From positions 4,808,270 to 4,872,269 of the forward strand of contig MU054212.1 of the NCBI GenBank assembly GCA_013239625.1: a stretch of 64,000 bases of DNA, in the 5' to 3' direction. Source of the stretch: Lama guanicoe (taxonomy: Eukaryota). The translations under genes and the position numbers were made by a program. Of the stretch, positions 63,165-64,000 are shown piece by piece. Below the pieces are notes generated by a model. The model saw only the letters and a program-made list of their open reading frames with translations, was not told where the DNA came from and did no database searches. Position 1 is the stretch's first letter. Each line of letters opens with the position of its first letter.

Positions 63165-63720
63165 TATTGAACACTGAAATATAAAGGGACATAAAAGGAT
63201 TTATATATAGTTCTCCTGCCCCTAATGATTAACAGAAACCTAATTTTCCACCTTGAGGTAATTATGGGATTTGATCTTTATAGTCAGAAGTGTTACTCCT
63301 ATTTTTTTCTCTGACTATGGGTTCAGGAGCATAAGAGATACACAAAATAAGTAAAGTTGATGTTAAGTTCTATAAGATGAATCAAAGTCACTGGATCTAT
63401 GTATAATGTGGGAATTAATAACTATGGAGATACTACATGAAATTTAGTGGCATGGCTCCTGTAATTTCATAGAGAATTAGAAGAGTGAAAAAAAAGTTTA
63501 CTTTTAAAATCGTGTGGACTAGCCACAGAGGCATATGTCTTCATGGTTTTTAAAAGGTGGTCTTGGTAAGACCCTGCCTTTATTTAGGTAAGGAATTGTT
63601 CCCATTGAACAATGAGAGCAGGGAGGTTCCAGAAACTAAATGATTCACTCACAGCCTTGCTGTTAGTAAGTAACAAAGGAGATAAATAGACTTCTGCTTC
63701 CTAAAAAACTGCTCTGAATT
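63165..63720 (-). mobile_element. L2 and MIR fragments
   Basis: ATATAGTTCTCCTGCCCCTAATG (L2); TTGTTCCCATTGAACAATGAGAG..GAGGTTCCAGAAACTAAATGATTCACTCACAG (MIR). Confidence 0.55.
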
Positions 63721-63724
63721 TTAT

Positions 63725-64000
63725 TTTTTTATCTTGTTAAAAATATACGACTTGTTTAAAATATAATTTTCCCTATGCTGAAAAATATATAAATACATAT
63801 AAAGAAACAGATAATATAAAGGAATGTGTAAAATAAATTTAAATCATCTGCCCAGCAATAAACATGGTTTAGTGGCACTATTCTGGTATAAATCCTATCA
63901 GTTATTTTGACTATACTGTGCTTTGGGTCTGGTACATGGATGGTTTCATACCAGCTTTTAGTGTTAAGTACATCATGAGCTCTGACTTAAGTAACTTAAT
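63725..64000 (-). mobile_element. L1ME-like 3'UTR fragment
   Basis: ATCATCTGCCCAGCAATAAACATGGTT..CATTCTGGTATAAATCCTATCAG-like motif, ACTATACTGTGCTTTG. Confidence 0.5.

Noticed and set aside
1..64000. ORF-track ORFs as host genes
   Set aside because: They are short, often start at TTG/GTG, and are antisense or frameshifted repeat sequence or low complexity; none resembles a cellular protein I recognise.
1..64000. CRISPR array, operon or other prokaryote-type system
   Set aside because: The sequence is clearly mammalian, with no repeat-spacer periodicity or gene-dense structure.

Overview
AT-rich, CpG-depleted eutherian mammal DNA. It reads as a large intron or intergenic region, with no recognisable host protein-coding exon, RNA gene or CpG island. 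Much of it is transposon relics: L1 3' ends of several ages, L2, MIR/MIR3, MaLR (MLT1) and ERVL (LTR16/LTR33) LTRs, an internally deleted two-LTR ERVL provirus, a MER58-like hAT element and microsatellites. One tRNA-derived SINE resembles camelid Vic-1, and I saw no Alu, B1/B2, Bov-tA or PRE-1, which suggests a camelid genome (inference). The long ORFs with a recognisable product are L1 ORF2 C-terminus and ERVL gag/pol remnants. The most notable structures are two 5'-inverted (twin-primed) L1 insertions, a young L1 lacking a poly(A) tail and TSD that ends in (CA)n, a possible ~36-bp U6/L1 chimera, a + strand bias of L1/LTR elements, and a few candidate enhancers. I found no convincing new biological system. 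Repeat family names come from my recall of consensus sequences, not from a search, and old-repeat boundaries are approximate.
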